The notes: generated by a model not told the origin, from the sequence alone. Counted from the stretch's first letter, positions 1 through 12,035 are shown. The stretch: 64,000 bases of DNA from an uncultured Planctomycetaceae bacterium (GCA_963833985.1 CAWIAD010000002.1:1728001-1792000), one strand, 5' to 3'. A program made the numbers and translations.

Positions 1-2056
1 GGCGGAACGCCTCCAGGAACCGCCGTGCTCCGGCCCGGTCGTCCGGGTGCACCTTCAGCCATGCATCGACGAACGGGCCGATCAGCCAGGCCCAGACTGT
101 CCCCTGGTGATACGCGGCGTCGCGCGAGCGCGCAGGTCGCCAAAATAGCGCGGCTTGTAATCGGGCTCGCCGGGAGCCAGCGAGCGAAGTCCAAGCGGTG
201 TGACGAGCCGCTGGTGGACAACGTTCAGGACCGGCTGCCAGCGACCGGAGTCGAGCACGGCGTGCCGCAGTGAGAAGGCGAGTAGCTGGTTGGGACGGCA
301 GCAATGGTCGTCCCCCTGCTCGCCGTCGACCACGTCGAACAGATGACCGCCCGGCTCGTACCAGAACCGCCGGTTGAATGAGGATCGCGCCTGCTTCGCG
401 GTGCGGGCATAGCGGGCGGCGTCGGCATTGTCATCGCCGCGCGTCGCGCAGCCAGCTTTCCAGCAGCCGCAAGGCGTTGTACCAGAGGGCATTGATTTCC
501 ACGGCCTTGCCCCGCCGGGGCGTGACCACCCAGTCGCCCACCTTGGCGTCCATCCAGGTGAGCTGATACCCGGCTGCGCCCTGGCGCAGCAGCCCGTCCG
601 CCGGATCGACGCCAATGCCGAACCGCGTGCCCGCGAGGTGGTGCTCGGCAATCTCCAGCAGGCCAGGCAACACGGCCACGAGGGTCTCGCGGTCATGGGT
701 CCACTCCAGGTAGCGGTCCATCGCGTGGAAGAACCAGAGCGAGGCGTCCGCGGTGTGATACAGACCGTCCGTCTTGCCCTCGGGAAAGAGGTTGGGAATC
801 AGCCCGTCGCGGATGTAGTGCGCGAAGGTGCGCAGGATGTAGCCGGCCTCGGCGGCCCGCCCGGTGCTCAGGGTCAGACCTTCCAGACTGATCATGGTGT
901 CGCGGCCCCAGTCGGTGAACCAGTGGTAGCCGGCGATCACCGTGCGCACGTCCTCGCCCGCGGCATGCGCCCGCGCGGCATCCTCCACCCGGCCAGCGGG
1001 GACGATCAGGAACTGGTCGGCCGCCAGCACCAGTTCGTCATGAAAGCCCAGGCTGTCGCTCGCTGACCAGCCGGCGTGGGCTGCCGGAGCGGGCTCGCCG
1101 GCACCGGCCGATGAGGGCCTGCGGTAGGACGCAGACACCGGGCTGTCGATGGCAACTCCCGCGGCCGCGAGGCGCGAGGCGCTCAGGAGCCGTGATCGGC
1201 GCACCCGTTCGGCCTGAAGCACCTCGTCGGAGCTCATGGCCAGCAGGGTCTCCCAGGACTCGACCGAGGCGATCAACGAGACCGGGCGGTCGGGCGTCAG
1301 CTCGACGTGGAAGAACCCCGGACTCCACTGGTCTCCGGTCGATTCGTAGCCGCGCTGGGCTTCCAGCGGGAAAAGGATCTCGGCCGTCCGCACGGCATCA
1401 AGTGTGAAGGCGGCGCGGTTGCCATGCAGCGTGATGCGCAACGGAGGCAAGCCGTGGCCCACCGAGATCTCGTAGCGGTTGTCCCAGGCAGTCAGCCGGT
1501 AGGGTCCAAGGTGCGTACTATCGACGGGCGCGTCGTGCGAGCGAAAGTGCACCAGCGGCCGGAGCCGCAACCCGACCGGGTGATCGGCCGGGCGCCCGCC
1601 AGACGATACGCAACGTGCACCGAGTTTTGACGATGAGGGATCACCAGGCGCTTTTCCAGGAGGATGCCCCCGGCCTCGAGCCGCCAGACGGGCAAGCCCA
1701 GCTCGAGGCGGAACTCGACGACCCGGCCGCTCAGCGCGGCTTCGGGACGGCCCGCCAGGCGCAGAGGGGACCAGCGAGAACTCCTGGCCATCCGGGACGA
1801 CCAGTTGCTCCTGAAGCTGGTTGAGCATCATCGTGCGGCCCAGCGGAGTGGCCAGCGCAGCGATCAGCAGGCCGTGATAGCGCCGGGTGGGCACCCCGCA
1901 CACCGTCCCGGAAGCGTACCCTCCCAGGCCGTTGGTCACGATCCACTCGCGCTCCAGCTCGGCGTCGGGGGGCTGCCGGGGGCTCGGTTCGCCACGATCG
2001 GCCGGGTCCAGCAGTTCTGGGCAGGGTTCCTCGATGCTGCGGATCAGATCAGCCAT
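1..2056 (-). CDS. Amylo-alpha-1,6-glucosidase / glycogen debranching enzyme (GDE_N + GDE_C), frameshifted, 3' end runs off the window
   Basis: Motifs [62 protein letters not shown] and YHQGTVW are spread over ORFs 431..2143, 1492..1791, 82..696 and a further frame; start ATG at 2056. Confidence 0.9.
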
Positions 2057-2164
2057 GGCAATGCGTCCGTGGTTGCTTCGCGGGTCGATGACCGCTCGCC
2101 GGCGTTGCTCCCGTACGAGACCTTCGGTTTCGCCGCAACACAAACCGTGCCACGGCCCTTTCTC

Positions 2165-4110
2165 TCAAACGGTTCCCGGCGCATTGCGCACCTCGTCGGC
2201 CAGGCACGGTGCCGGGGCGAGAAGCGTGGCCGCGTGCGCGGGGAATCTCCAGTTCGCCTGCTCGCTCTCCGGCTCGGGTGTTCCGTGGCCTCCATAGCGC
2301 GGATCCTCGCTTGACCAGCAAAGCCGCCAGTGCTGGCCCTCGGCGGGAGGAGCCAGCAGCGGCTCGGCCGTGACGCGCAGGGCCAGCTCCGCCCCGAGGT
2401 TAACCAGGAGCAGGCGATCGTCGTCTCCATCGGGATCAAACCAGCGGATCAAGAATGCCTCGGGCCCAAGCACGGCGCCATCAATGGCTCCTCTGCGCTG
2501 ACCGGCGCGGAGCGTGGGGTCCTGCCTGCGCAGCCGCAAGAGGTCGCGATGCAGGGCCAGCGACTCGGCGTGCGCGCCGGTCGCGCGTTCGGCATGGTCC
2601 AGCCTGGATCGCTGGAAACCGCCCCGATCGTTGGGGGCCGGGACCCGGGCCTGCATCTCCGCGGTCGCCAGGCTGGGGAACTGCTTGAGGAACTCACGCC
2701 GACCCTGGCGCAGCCCTTCGCTGACCTCGGACCGGACATCGCTGAAGTAGAAAAATGGGCTGGACGCGGCGAATTCCTGGCCCTGAAAGAGCAGGGGCGT
2801 TCCCGGACCCAGCAAGAGCAGGGCGGTTACCGCCCGGCAACGGCCCGGAGTGGTGCGGGCGTGCAGCCTTTCACCGGCGCGGAGTTGGCAATCTGATCGT
2901 GGTTCTGAAGGTAGTTGATGAATCCCGGCGGTGCCAGGTCGAGCGCGGGGCTGCCGCGCCGTTTTCCTTGCCGCAGGTTCCACTGTCCCTGGTAGAGCCA
3001 GCCATGTTTGAGCGCCGAGATCAGCTCCTGTGGCGACCCGAGATAGTCCTCGTAGTAGCCCTCGCGATTGCCCGTGGCCGCCACCGTCGCGCTATGGTGG
3101 AAGTCTTCGCTCCAGAGCATGTCAAATCCATACCCGCCGGAGGCTGTGCCACGGAGCAGCCTGCGCGCTGGGGTTCGCTTTCACCAACGACCAGCACGGG
3201 GCGGGTTCCGACCGCCTCACGCAAGGTGCGGACGATGTCCGCGACGATGTGCACCGGACCGGTGTCGTACAGCCCCTGAGTGGCATCGACCCGCACGCCA
3301 TCCAGATGAAACTCGTTGATCCAGTACGACACGTTCGTGAGCACGAACGCCCTGACGGCCCCGTTCTCGGGCTCGTCGAAGTTGAGCGTGTCGCCCCACT
3401 CGGAGTGGTGGGATTTCGAGTAGTAATGCTCCGAATAGGCGCAGGACCTCCCCTTCGGGCCCGAGATGGTTGTAAACCACATCAAGCAGAACACCAATCC
3501 CCAGCGCATGGGCGCGGTCCACGAACCGGCGAAAGTCATCGGGCGTGCCATAGCCATGAAACGGCGCGAACAGATTGACCCCGTCGTAGCCCCACCCGAA
3601 CGCGCCGGGAAACTCGTTCACAGGCATGATCTCGAGCGCGCTGACTCCCAGGTCGGCAAGATGAGGGAGTTCGCACGCCGCGGAACTCCAGGTTCCTTGC
3701 TGCGTGAAGGTGCCGACATGCAGCTCGTAGAGCACCTGGCCTTCGACGGATGGGATGCCCGCCCACCTCTGGTCGGTCCAGGAGAACTGAAGAGGATCGA
3801 CGACCTGGGAAGGTCCGTGGGGCCCCTGGGGCTGAAAGCGTGAGGCCGGGTCGGTGAGATCACCGGACTTCGAGCCATCGAGCCGGAAACGATACCGCGT
3901 GCCTGCCTGTATGCCCGCGAGGACCCCTTCGAAATAACCCTCGCCGTCCGGTTCCAGCCGAAAAAGGGATGCGGGACCCTGATCCCCTTCAAGGACGACC
4001 TCAACCCGCCGGCTCGCGGGGGCCCAGAGCCGGAAATGCACTCCGGCCCCGGGCACGACCTCGGCCCCGATGGGATATCTTCGCTGGAAAGTGTTGCCAA
4101 GCCTGGTCAT
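2165..4110 (-). CDS. treZ: Malto-oligosyltrehalose trehalohydrolase (GH13), about three frameshifts
   Basis: FRLWAP, DPASRFQPQGPHGPS, YELHVGTFT, WGYDGV, LDVVYNHLGPEG, DGVRVDAT, QNHDQIAN and PLLFQGQE in successive frames (ORFs 3217..4164, 3021..3557, 2827..3120, 2165..2983). Confidence 0.9.
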
Positions 4111-4404
4111 GAAGGATTTCCGGCCCACTGCCGCTCGATCGATCGAAACCACCCAAGGATGCACCCGACGTCATGACCGCTTTTTCATGAGCCGGGAATC
4201 AGACGTGGCAAGTCCGGTGCCGTCATTTCGCGGAGTTGCTCGTCCGCCTGCCTCAAGACTGCAATTGCCTTCTTCCACTTCTCGTCTTAAGATCCGCCCA
4301 CACATCTCGACTGCCAGGGCGATGCGCCTGCTCGGCTCTGGATCACATCGCCTGCGTGAAGGCCGCTCGACGGCAAGGGGGTTGTCGTGCCTGCTCGAAC
4401 CAGC

Positions 4405-4800
4405 ATGGAAGCATTGCCGCATGCCGGGTGTCGGACGGCCCTGGTGTTGCTTTCGGTCACGACCGCGGCGCTCCTGGTGTCCGGCTGCGCCTCGATTGTC
4501 AAGGACGTGCACCTCTACTACCAGCAGATGGCCGTCAACTACAAGGAAGCGGCGGAGAAGGCGAAGCTCGACGCGGTGATCCTGGAAAGGAATTCCGGAA
4601 CACTGCTCCAGAACGGAGATCCGCACAAGTACAACCGGTCGCAACGGGAGCTGGCCAGGCTGAAGAACTGGCAAGAGTACTGCCTCAAGCAAAGCGAACG
4701 CTTCCAGAAAGCCGCGGACAATACGGTGGGACCGGGAGAAACCCGTCCAGACGCGGATCCGGAGGTGAAGGCTCCCCCTCCGGTCGTCGAGACGCCATGA
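4405..4800 (+). CDS. Small predicted lipoprotein, helical, unknown function
   Basis: Hydrophobic stretch followed by lipobox LVSGC; high-GC codon usage. Confidence 0.7.
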   Translation: MEALPHAGCRTALVLLSVTTAALLVSGCASIVKDVHLYYQQMAVNYKEAAEKAKLDAVILERNSGTLLQNGDPHKYNRSQRELARLKNWQEYCLKQSERFQKAADNTVGPGETRPDADPEVKAPPPVVETP

Positions 4801-5047
4801 TTTCAGTGTCTGCCGGATCCGTACGGCACCAGATTTGATAGCGTCTGAGCTTAGACCGGGCGTTGCCGCGGGATTGAAGCCACGCGCGTGTGCCTGCGCC
4901 GGGCGTGCTGATCTTGGAGTGGCGCAGAGCGCCAGCGTACCAATCTTCAAGAAGCAAGCAATGATCGATAGGACATTCTCGGTGTCCCGCCGAGACTTGT
5001 TGAGCCGCCGATCTCCGCGGGGTCGTTCTTAGCCAGGAGCTCCAGGC

Positions 5048-8000
5048 GTGGCAACCGAGTCCCCCAAGAAGGAGAGTGCAGCGAACCCAACGGTCCTGGC
5101 GATGGATCACCCGATCACGCTGCTGATGCTGGTTCTGGCACTCATCAGTCTGGGCGGCCTGGCCTACGAACAGATGCGAGTGGACATCTTTCCCTCGCTG
5201 AACACGCCCAAGATCTATGTGTTTTTCGATTTCATCGGCATGAGCCCCGACCAGATCGAGGGATTCATCGTCAACGAGCTGGAACTCTATTTTCAGTACG
5301 TCGACGGCATCAAGGACATCAAGTCACGGAACATCCAGCAGGTCGGGCTGGTCGAACTGGGCTTCTTCAATAATACGGAGATGGGCCAGGCCATGGCTCA
5401 GGTCGTGGCGATGTCCGATCGAGCCATGGCATGGATGCCGCCGGGGTCGTTGCCGCCCATGATCATGCGCATGGACGCCGGCAGCGTGCCGATTGGTTAC
5501 CTGGTTTTCCGTAGCGAGGGGAACAAGACCTCGATCGGGGCCATGGGAGACCTGGCCCAGAACATCATTCGCCCGCTGGTGCAGAAAAACGTGCCCGGCA
5601 CGGTCGCCATCTCGCCCTTTGGCCCGAACATGCGGTCGATCATCATCAACGTCGACCCCAGAAAGCTGCTCGAGTACAACCTCAATCCCCAGAATCTCAT
5701 CGATGCCCTGGCGCAGGGAAATGTCGTGATTCCCTCGGGCAATATCTACGTCAAGGACTCGATGCCGATCGTGCACAACAACGCCACGGTCGTGGACATC
5801 CAGCGTCTGGGGGACATCCCGATCAAGCTGGGCCAGAACGTTTACATCCGTGATGTCGCCACCATCCAGGACGACACCGACATCACCTACGGCTATGCCC
5901 TGGTCAACGGTGAGAAAGCCATCCACCTGCCCATCATCAAGAAAGACACCGGTTCGACGCTGACGGTGGTCGCGGACGTCCACAAGTCGATGCAGAGGTT
6001 CCGCGACGCCGTCCCCCCGGACGTGAAGATCAGCTTCGAGTTCGATGAGTCGCCCACGGTGGTCCACGCCGTGGAAAGCGTGGCCACCGAGGGGGCTATC
6101 GGGGCGGCCCTCACCGGCGCCATGATCCTCTTGTTCCTGCGCGACTGGCGGAGCGTGCTCGTGGTGGTCTGCAACATCCCGCTCGCCTTGACCGGCTCAT
6201 TATTCGGACTCTGGGCCACGGGCAACACGATCAACATCATGTCCCTGGGCGGCATGGCGCTGGCGATCGGCATCCTCGTCGATGAGGCGACGGTAACTAT
6301 CGAGAACACCCACGTGCAGATGGAGGAAACCTCGAACATCGCCACCGCGGTGCTGAAGGCCAGCAATGCGACGGCCGTGCCGCGGTTGCTCGCCTTGCTC
6401 TGCATCCTGTCTGTGTTCATCCCGGCATTCGTCATGCAGGATCCGCTGCGGTCGCTGTTCATGCCGCTGACCCTGGCCGTCGGGTTCGCCATGATCTCGT
6501 CCTACTTGCTCTCCAGCACATTCGTGCCGGTCCTGAGCGTGTACTTGCTCAAGCACAAGCACAAGAAGCAGGACGACAGCGCCAAGGAGCCCGGTCTGTT
6601 CCAGCGCTTGATGGGCGGCTATCACAGCGTCGTGGACGTATTCGTCCGGTTCCGCTGGCTCGTGGTCATGGCGTATCTCGGCGGTTGTGGGCTGATCCTG
6701 GGTGTGCTGGGTCTCCAGGTGGGAACCGAGCTGTTCCCGCAGATCGATTCCGGAGAGTTCGTGCTCCGGTTCCGGCCGCCACCTGGCTCGAGCTACGAGC
6801 TGACCCGGGAGATGGGATTGAAGTGCCTGCAGACGATCGAGGACGAGGCGGGAACCAGGAACGTCGAGATCTCGATGGGTTTCGTGGGCCAGGTCGCTCC
6901 CAACTTCGGCATCGACAACATGGTGCTTTTCATGCGCGGGCCCGATGACGGCTGGCTTCGCGTGGCCTTGAACAAGGATAGCGACATCAAGCTCGACGCA
7001 TTCCGCGAACGGCTCCGCAAGGTTCTCCCCGAGCGGGTGATACCCTGGATGGTCGAGCGTTTGCACCAGGGCGGAGGTCAGGGGGGCCTGCCGAGGCGGG
7101 ATGCGGAGCAGCAGGCCAAGCTTTGCAGCTTCGGGTTCGAGGCGGGCGACATCGTCAGCCAGGTCATGAGCTTCGGTGCCTCCAAGCCGATCGCGGTACG
7201 CCTCATCGGCACCGATTATGACGCGGTCCGCAAGCACTCGGAGAGAATTGCCGATGGGCTCAAGCGGATCTCGTTCCTGCGCGACGTCGGCTTCGAGCAG
7301 ACGCTCGATTACCCCACGGTCGAGGTCGATATCGACCGCGAGCTGGCCGGGTTGATCGGCGTCACGCCCGAGCATGTGAAGCGTGCGCTGGTGATGGCCA
7401 CCTCCTCGACCCGTTTCACCAACCTCAACTACTGGATCAATAACAAGACCGGCTTCGATTACCTGGTGCAGATCCAGGTTCCTCCCTTGCGGATCGACAA
7501 ACCGGAGGATGTCGAAGAACTGCCCTTGCAGTCGGTCAATCCCGACGTCCCGCTGATGGTGCGCGACGTGCTCAGCGACGGTATGGTGCACACGAGCGTG
7601 CGTCCCGGGGAGTTCGACCGGGACATGTCGCAGCGCTACCTGACCGTGGTGGCCAACGTCGAGGGCGAGGACATGGGTCGGGCGGCGAAGCAGGTTCGCC
7701 AGGCTGTCAAGGACGCCGGTGATGCTCCCCGCGGAGTGCACATCGAGGAGATGGGCCAGCTGCCGTCGATGACCCAGATGTTTGAAGCACTGGGCATCGG
7801 CCTGGCGGTGGCCGTGTTCGTCATCCTCGTGCTCTTGACGGCCTATTTTCAATCTCCCCGCCTGGCCCTGGCTTCGGTGGGGGCAGTGCCGGGAGTGATG
7901 GCCGGGATCGTCGTCATGCTGCTGGCCACCGGCACCACGCTCAACATCGAGTCGTTCATGGGTTCCATCATGTGCCTGGGCGTTTCCGTGTCGAACTCGG

Positions 8001-8428
8001 TGATGATGGTCACGTTCATGGACGAGCACTGGAAGGCGGGCAAGCCTGCCGCCTCGGCGGCGATCATGGGGGCGACCGAGCGGCTGCGGCCGATCTTGAT
8101 GACGGCCTGCGCAATGACGGTGGGGATGGTGCCCATGGCGCTGGCGCTCGAGCGGGGCAGCCAGATGGAGGCTCCGCTGGGCCGGGCCGTGATCGGCGGG
8201 CTGGTGATGTCCACGTTCGCCACCTTGCTGGTGCTCCCCTCGATCTTCGCGCTGATCATCGGCCAGCGCGAGCCCCGGTCGCCATCGCTCTACCCGGGAA
8301 ACCCGCAGAGCCTGCATTACGACCCGGCCTTCTTCGGGGCCGCCAACGGTAACGACCAGAGCGCCAACCGCCAGGACGACGTGGCGGATGAAGACGACGA
8401 TGCTGCGGATCATGAGCCACCGACGTGA
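5048..8428 (+). CDS. RND efflux transporter permease (AcrB/CusA superfamily)
   Basis: 1126 aa; GILVDEATVTIEN and RLRPILMT motifs; two-repeat membrane topology. Confidence 0.95.
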   Translation: MATESPKKESAANPTVLAMDHPITLLMLVLALISLGGLAYEQMRVDIFPSLNTPKIYVFFDFIGMSPDQIEGFIVNELELYFQYVDGIKDIKSRNIQQVGLVELGFFNNTEMGQAMAQVVAMSDRAMAWMPPGSLPPMIMRMDAGSVPIGYLVFRSEGNKTSIGAMGDLAQNIIRPLVQKNVPGTVAISPFGPNMRSIIINVDPRKLLEYNLNPQNLIDALAQGNVVIPSGNIYVKDSMPIVHNNATVVDIQRLGDIPIKLGQNVYIRDVATIQDDTDITYGYALVNGEKAIHLPIIKKDTGSTLTVVADVHKSMQRFRDAVPPDVKISFEFDESPTVVHAVESVATEGAIGAALTGAMILLFLRDWRSVLVVVCNIPLALTGSLFGLWATGNTINIMSLGGMALAIGILVDEATVTIENTHVQMEETSNIATAVLKASNATAVPRLLALLCILSVFIPAFVMQDPLRSLFMPLTLAVGFAMISSYLLSSTFVPVLSVYLLKHKHKKQDDSAKEPGLFQRLMGGYHSVVDVFVRFRWLVVMAYLGGCGLILGVLGLQVGTELFPQIDSGEFVLRFRPPPGSSYELTREMGLKCLQTIEDEAGTRNVEISMGFVGQVAPNFGIDNMVLFMRGPDDGWLRVALNKDSDIKLDAFRERLRKVLPERVIPWMVERLHQGGGQGGLPRRDAEQQAKLCSFGFEAGDIVSQVMSFGASKPIAVRLIGTDYDAVRKHSERIADGLKRISFLRDVGFEQTLDYPTVEVDIDRELAGLIGVTPEHVKRALVMATSSTRFTNLNYWINNKTGFDYLVQIQVPPLRIDKPEDVEELPLQSVNPDVPLMVRDVLSDGMVHTSVRPGEFDRDMSQRYLTVVANVEGEDMGRAAKQVRQAVKDAGDAPRGVHIEEMGQLPSMTQMFEALGIGLAVAVFVILVLLTAYFQSPRLALASVGAVPGVMAGIVVMLLATGTTLNIESFMGSIMCLGVSVSNSVMMVTFMDEHWKAGKPAASAAIMGATERLRPILMTACAMTVGMVPMALALERGSQMEAPLGRAVIGGLVMSTFATLLVLPSIFALIIGQREPRSPSLYPGNPQSLHYDPAFFGAANGNDQSANRQDDVADEDDDAADHEPPT

Positions 8429-8470
8429 AGGACCCCTGTAACCACGTGCCTCCAAAACGGGAGATCAGCG

Positions 8471-9949
8471 TTGCGGAACTGTGCCTGGCCTGATCGTTTC
8501 CCGGGTTCCAATTGCCGCCGCCGGCTGGGCATCTGGCTGCTGGCCGGCCTGGCGGCCGCTGGTTGCTCCGAGGAACAGAAGACGGCCCCCAGCGTCTCGG
8601 AGCCGCCTGTCCTCTACCTCATTCATCCCCAGTTTCGGAGAGCGGTCCGCGTGGTCGGACAACCAAGCTTCGTCCAGAGCTACGAGCGCACATCCATTTA
8701 TCCGAAGCTGAACGCGTTCATCGAAAAGTGGAACGTTGATATCGGCGACAAGGTGCGCAAGGGCGACGTCCTCGCGGACCTGTTCGTGCCCGAGCTGCGC
8801 GAGCTCTTCGAGACCAAGAAGGCGACCGTCAAGTATGACGAGGAGCAGGTCAAGTTCGCCCAGCAGCAGGTCCAGGTCGCCGACGCCGAAGTCAAGGCGG
8901 CCCGGGCGCGGCTCGAGGAGGCCAAGGCGATACTGGGAAAATACGAGGCCCAGGTGAAGCGCTGGGAAATCCAGGTCAACCGGCTGGCGCGTGAAGTGGA
9001 GAGGCAGGTCGTGGCGCCGCAGATCTTGCTGGAGTCGCGCAATGAACTGACAGCGGACATTGCCGCTCGGGACGCGGCGCAGGCGACGATCCGCAGGGCC
9101 GACGCGGACCTGCTTGCCCGCGAGGCGACGTGGGTGCGCGCCAAAGTCAATGTCGGCGTGGCTCAGGCGCGGGTGCTGGTCGCTCGCAGCGAGGCGAAGC
9201 GGCTCGAGGCCTGGGTGGGCTACCTGAAGCTGCTGGCACCCTACGACGGCATCGTCGTCGCTCGCAACGCCAACACCTGGGACTTCGTCTTGCCCACCAG
9301 CGGCGATCCCACAGCCCAGATGCGTGCACCGGACCTCTCGCCCAGCGGACAGGCCGCGCCCATCTACGTCATCGACCGCACCGACATCATCCGCATCTAC
9401 GTCGATATCCCCGAGCGCGATGCGGACTACGTCCATATCGGGTCCGAGGCACGGGTCAAGCTCTGGGCCTATCGCAACGCCTGGATTCCGGCGACGGTCA
9501 CCCGTCTCGCCTGGGCACTGAACACCAAGAGCCGGACCATGCGTGCCGAGATCGATCTGCCCAATTTCCAGAGCAAGATCCTGCCGGGGATGTATGCCTA
9601 CGGCAAGGTCATCGTCGAGCGCCCCAGCTCCCTCTCGCTGCCGAAGTCCGCCTTCACCCATGGCGGAGGCAAGTCCTTCATCTGGCGCAACGAAAACGGC
9701 AGGGCACTACGTACCGAGGTCGAGACGGGGATCACCGATGGCTCGTGGATTGAGGTCACCAATCGGCGGATCAAGCAAAAATCCGGCGACGATGAACAGT
9801 GGATACCGCTCGAGCCAGGCGTCGAGGTTCTCCTGGGTGAAAAGCTCTCGACGCTGACCGAAGGCGCTCGCGTGCGACTGTCCGACTCACCGCCGCCCCT
9901 CGACGACGATTCTTCAGGTTCCTCATCAGAATCCACAGAAGGCGAGTAG
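8471..9949 (+). CDS. RND periplasmic adaptor (membrane fusion protein), lipoprotein
   Basis: LAAAGC lipobox; VDIGDKVRKGDVL and APYDGIV lipoyl halves around a long coiled coil; PGMYA motif. Confidence 0.92.
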   Translation: MRNCAWPDRFPGSNCRRRLGIWLLAGLAAAGCSEEQKTAPSVSEPPVLYLIHPQFRRAVRVVGQPSFVQSYERTSIYPKLNAFIEKWNVDIGDKVRKGDVLADLFVPELRELFETKKATVKYDEEQVKFAQQQVQVADAEVKAARARLEEAKAILGKYEAQVKRWEIQVNRLAREVERQVVAPQILLESRNELTADIAARDAAQATIRRADADLLAREATWVRAKVNVGVAQARVLVARSEAKRLEAWVGYLKLLAPYDGIVVARNANTWDFVLPTSGDPTAQMRAPDLSPSGQAAPIYVIDRTDIIRIYVDIPERDADYVHIGSEARVKLWAYRNAWIPATVTRLAWALNTKSRTMRAEIDLPNFQSKILPGMYAYGKVIVERPSSLSLPKSAFTHGGGKSFIWRNENGRALRTEVETGITDGSWIEVTNRRIKQKSGDDEQWIPLEPGVEVLLGEKLSTLTEGARVRLSDSPPPLDDDSSGSSSESTEGE

Positions 9950-10171
9950 CTCACCGGCTTTCCTCCGGGAGTCAGGTTCATGAACTTTCCTTCCTTGATG
10001 ACCGGCCATGCTAGCAGTGGCTTGCCCGCTGTCTCGAAGCGGTCATGGCGCTGCTGGCCGGCCCGACTCTCGTCTGCCGCTGGCTCCGGCCCGTTTCAGT
10101 TCGCTTCGAACCCTTTTTCGATCACCTGCAATGCGCTGCGTTGAGGCGCTGCTTGACGAGGGAACCACCTC

Positions 10172-11815
10172 ATGGACTCACCAAAAGACGACCAAGACAG
10201 GGAACGTAGGGCGTCCGATGCGCCCCCTCAAGACCAGCCCTCAACCGGGAAGAGCGGGTCGGGGGAGGGGTCTCAGCCGATCACGACCGGCGACCCGCTG
10301 ATCTCGTCCGAGCCGCTTGCCGGTTCCCCCGAGAGCGGGCATCCCGCGGAGACGACAACTATCGAGACCAGTCGCGTTCGCGGACCGAACGAAGCGTTCA
10401 ACCCGAACTTTGTCGTGGTGCCCGTCGAGGCGCCCCAGCCCCGGCAAGCGCGGTCCCAGGCCAGCGCAGGCGGCGAGCCGTCGCAGCAATCACAGCAAAA
10501 GGGCCAGAAGAGCCACGAAGGCAAGGATGAAAAGGGCGGCCAGAAGAAGCACAACGGCAAGGAGGGCCACGACCATGAGCGAGGTCGATCCGACGGTCAG
10601 CACGGCCATTCCGGCCAGCCCTCGTTGACTCGCATTCTCATTTATGCGGGCATCGTCGCCCTGGTCTGCGGGATCGCCGGTGCCTGGGGCTACTCCTATT
10701 TCTTCGGACCCGAAAAGGGAGGCAAGGACTCCTCGGGCAAGTCTTCCGCTTCGAGCGGTGGCTCCGGTTCCAGCAGTGGCTCCAGCTCCAGCGATGGCTC
10801 CGACTCCGGCAAGGGAACCGGTTCGAGCAAGAACTCGGACACGAGCAAAGGCTCGAGCTCGACGAGCAACTCGGAGTCGGGCAAGGGCGGCGGCTCGTCC
10901 GGGAAGGACCAGGACGCGGGCAAGCTCGCGGAAGCACAGTCGGCGTGGGTGCTCGCCGTCAAGCAGCTCCATGAGGCTCAAGAACGAGAGAAGGCGGCAC
11001 GGGAATCGGAGCGAGATGTCAAGGCCGTCCTGGACTTCCTCAAGAACACGCTGCTCTCTGCGGGCCGCCCGGGGGATGCATCGCTCACCGATGCATTCTG
11101 GGCTGCCGGCGAGGGCAAGAATGTCATGCTTCGCCAGGCGCTCGACCTGACCGACGCGAAGGCCGCCGAGGCGTTCGCCGACCGGCCCCTGGGAGAAGCC
11201 GCGGTTCGAGAACTGCTGGGCCAGGCCTACCTGAACCTGGGAGAGCCTACCCTGGCGGTCAAGCAGTACGAGCGCGCACTCACCCTGCGCGAAGCCATGC
11301 AGGGGGTCAACAACCCCGAGACCGCGGCCTGCCGCAACCAACTAGCGGTCGCCTACCGACTTGCCAGACTGCCCGCGGAAGCCAGCCGGCTGTTCGATCG
11401 GAATGCGGAATCACCGTCCTACGCCTCCGCACAGGCTGTGCGCGGAACGACCCTCCTGGCCCAGAAGAAGCCCGCCGAAGCTGAGCTCAAATTGCGCGAA
11501 AGCCTGATGGTCCGCCAGAAACTACAGCCCGACGATTGGACCACCTACGAGACCAGGTCGTTGCTCGGCCAGGCACTCCGGGACCAGAAGAAGTACGCCG
11601 AGGCCGAGCCCTTGCTGCTGTCCGCTTACGAAGGCCTGAAACAACGCGCAAATGACATTCCCATGCAGGATAAGCACAGGATCCACCAGGCCATCGAACG
11701 GTTGGTGAAGCTGTACGAGGCCTGGGGAAAGAACGACAAGGCAGCCGACTGGCGGCAGCGCCTGGAGGCGGCAAAGCTCATGAGACGGTCCGATGCCCCA
11801 GCGCCGGCATCATGA
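10172..11815 (+). CDS. Membrane-anchored TPR protein with low-complexity N-terminus and Ser/Gly linker
   Basis: TM segment ILIYAGIVALVCGIAGAWGYSYFF; Ser/Gly-rich run; TPR helices (LGQAYLNLG, AEAEPLLLSAYEGL, RLVKLYEAWGK). Confidence 0.8.
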   Translation: MDSPKDDQDRERRASDAPPQDQPSTGKSGSGEGSQPITTGDPLISSEPLAGSPESGHPAETTTIETSRVRGPNEAFNPNFVVVPVEAPQPRQARSQASAGGEPSQQSQQKGQKSHEGKDEKGGQKKHNGKEGHDHERGRSDGQHGHSGQPSLTRILIYAGIVALVCGIAGAWGYSYFFGPEKGGKDSSGKSSASSGGSGSSSGSSSSDGSDSGKGTGSSKNSDTSKGSSSTSNSESGKGGGSSGKDQDAGKLAEAQSAWVLAVKQLHEAQEREKAARESERDVKAVLDFLKNTLLSAGRPGDASLTDAFWAAGEGKNVMLRQALDLTDAKAAEAFADRPLGEAAVRELLGQAYLNLGEPTLAVKQYERALTLREAMQGVNNPETAACRNQLAVAYRLARLPAEASRLFDRNAESPSYASAQAVRGTTLLAQKKPAEAELKLRESLMVRQKLQPDDWTTYETRSLLGQALRDQKKYAEAEPLLLSAYEGLKQRANDIPMQDKHRIHQAIERLVKLYEAWGKNDKAADWRQRLEAAKLMRRSDAPAPAS

Positions 11816-12035
11816 CAGAGCCTTTGCAGCCATCGCTCGAGTTTCCTGCAACCGTGCGCACGAAAAAGCCGATATGGTCCCTAGAATCCATTGCCTTCCT
11901 CCAGCAGGTCGTAACCGCGAGATCCCACCGTCTGTCAGAATGACCGTTTTCCGCGCGAGCCGATCCGTCGGATGATTCCGCGACGCCGCATCCTGGGACA
12001 GGAAGAAATGAGAACAGCGGCAACCCAGGGATGGA

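Noticed and set aside
1..4110. Programmed frameshifting in treZ or the debranching gene
   Set aside because: No slippery heptamers evident; the same indel pattern occurs throughout the window
6200..8455. Long antisense ORFs (also 26434..28146, 57342..59369, 61387..62916)
   Set aside because: Shadow frames of high-GC genes on the opposite strand
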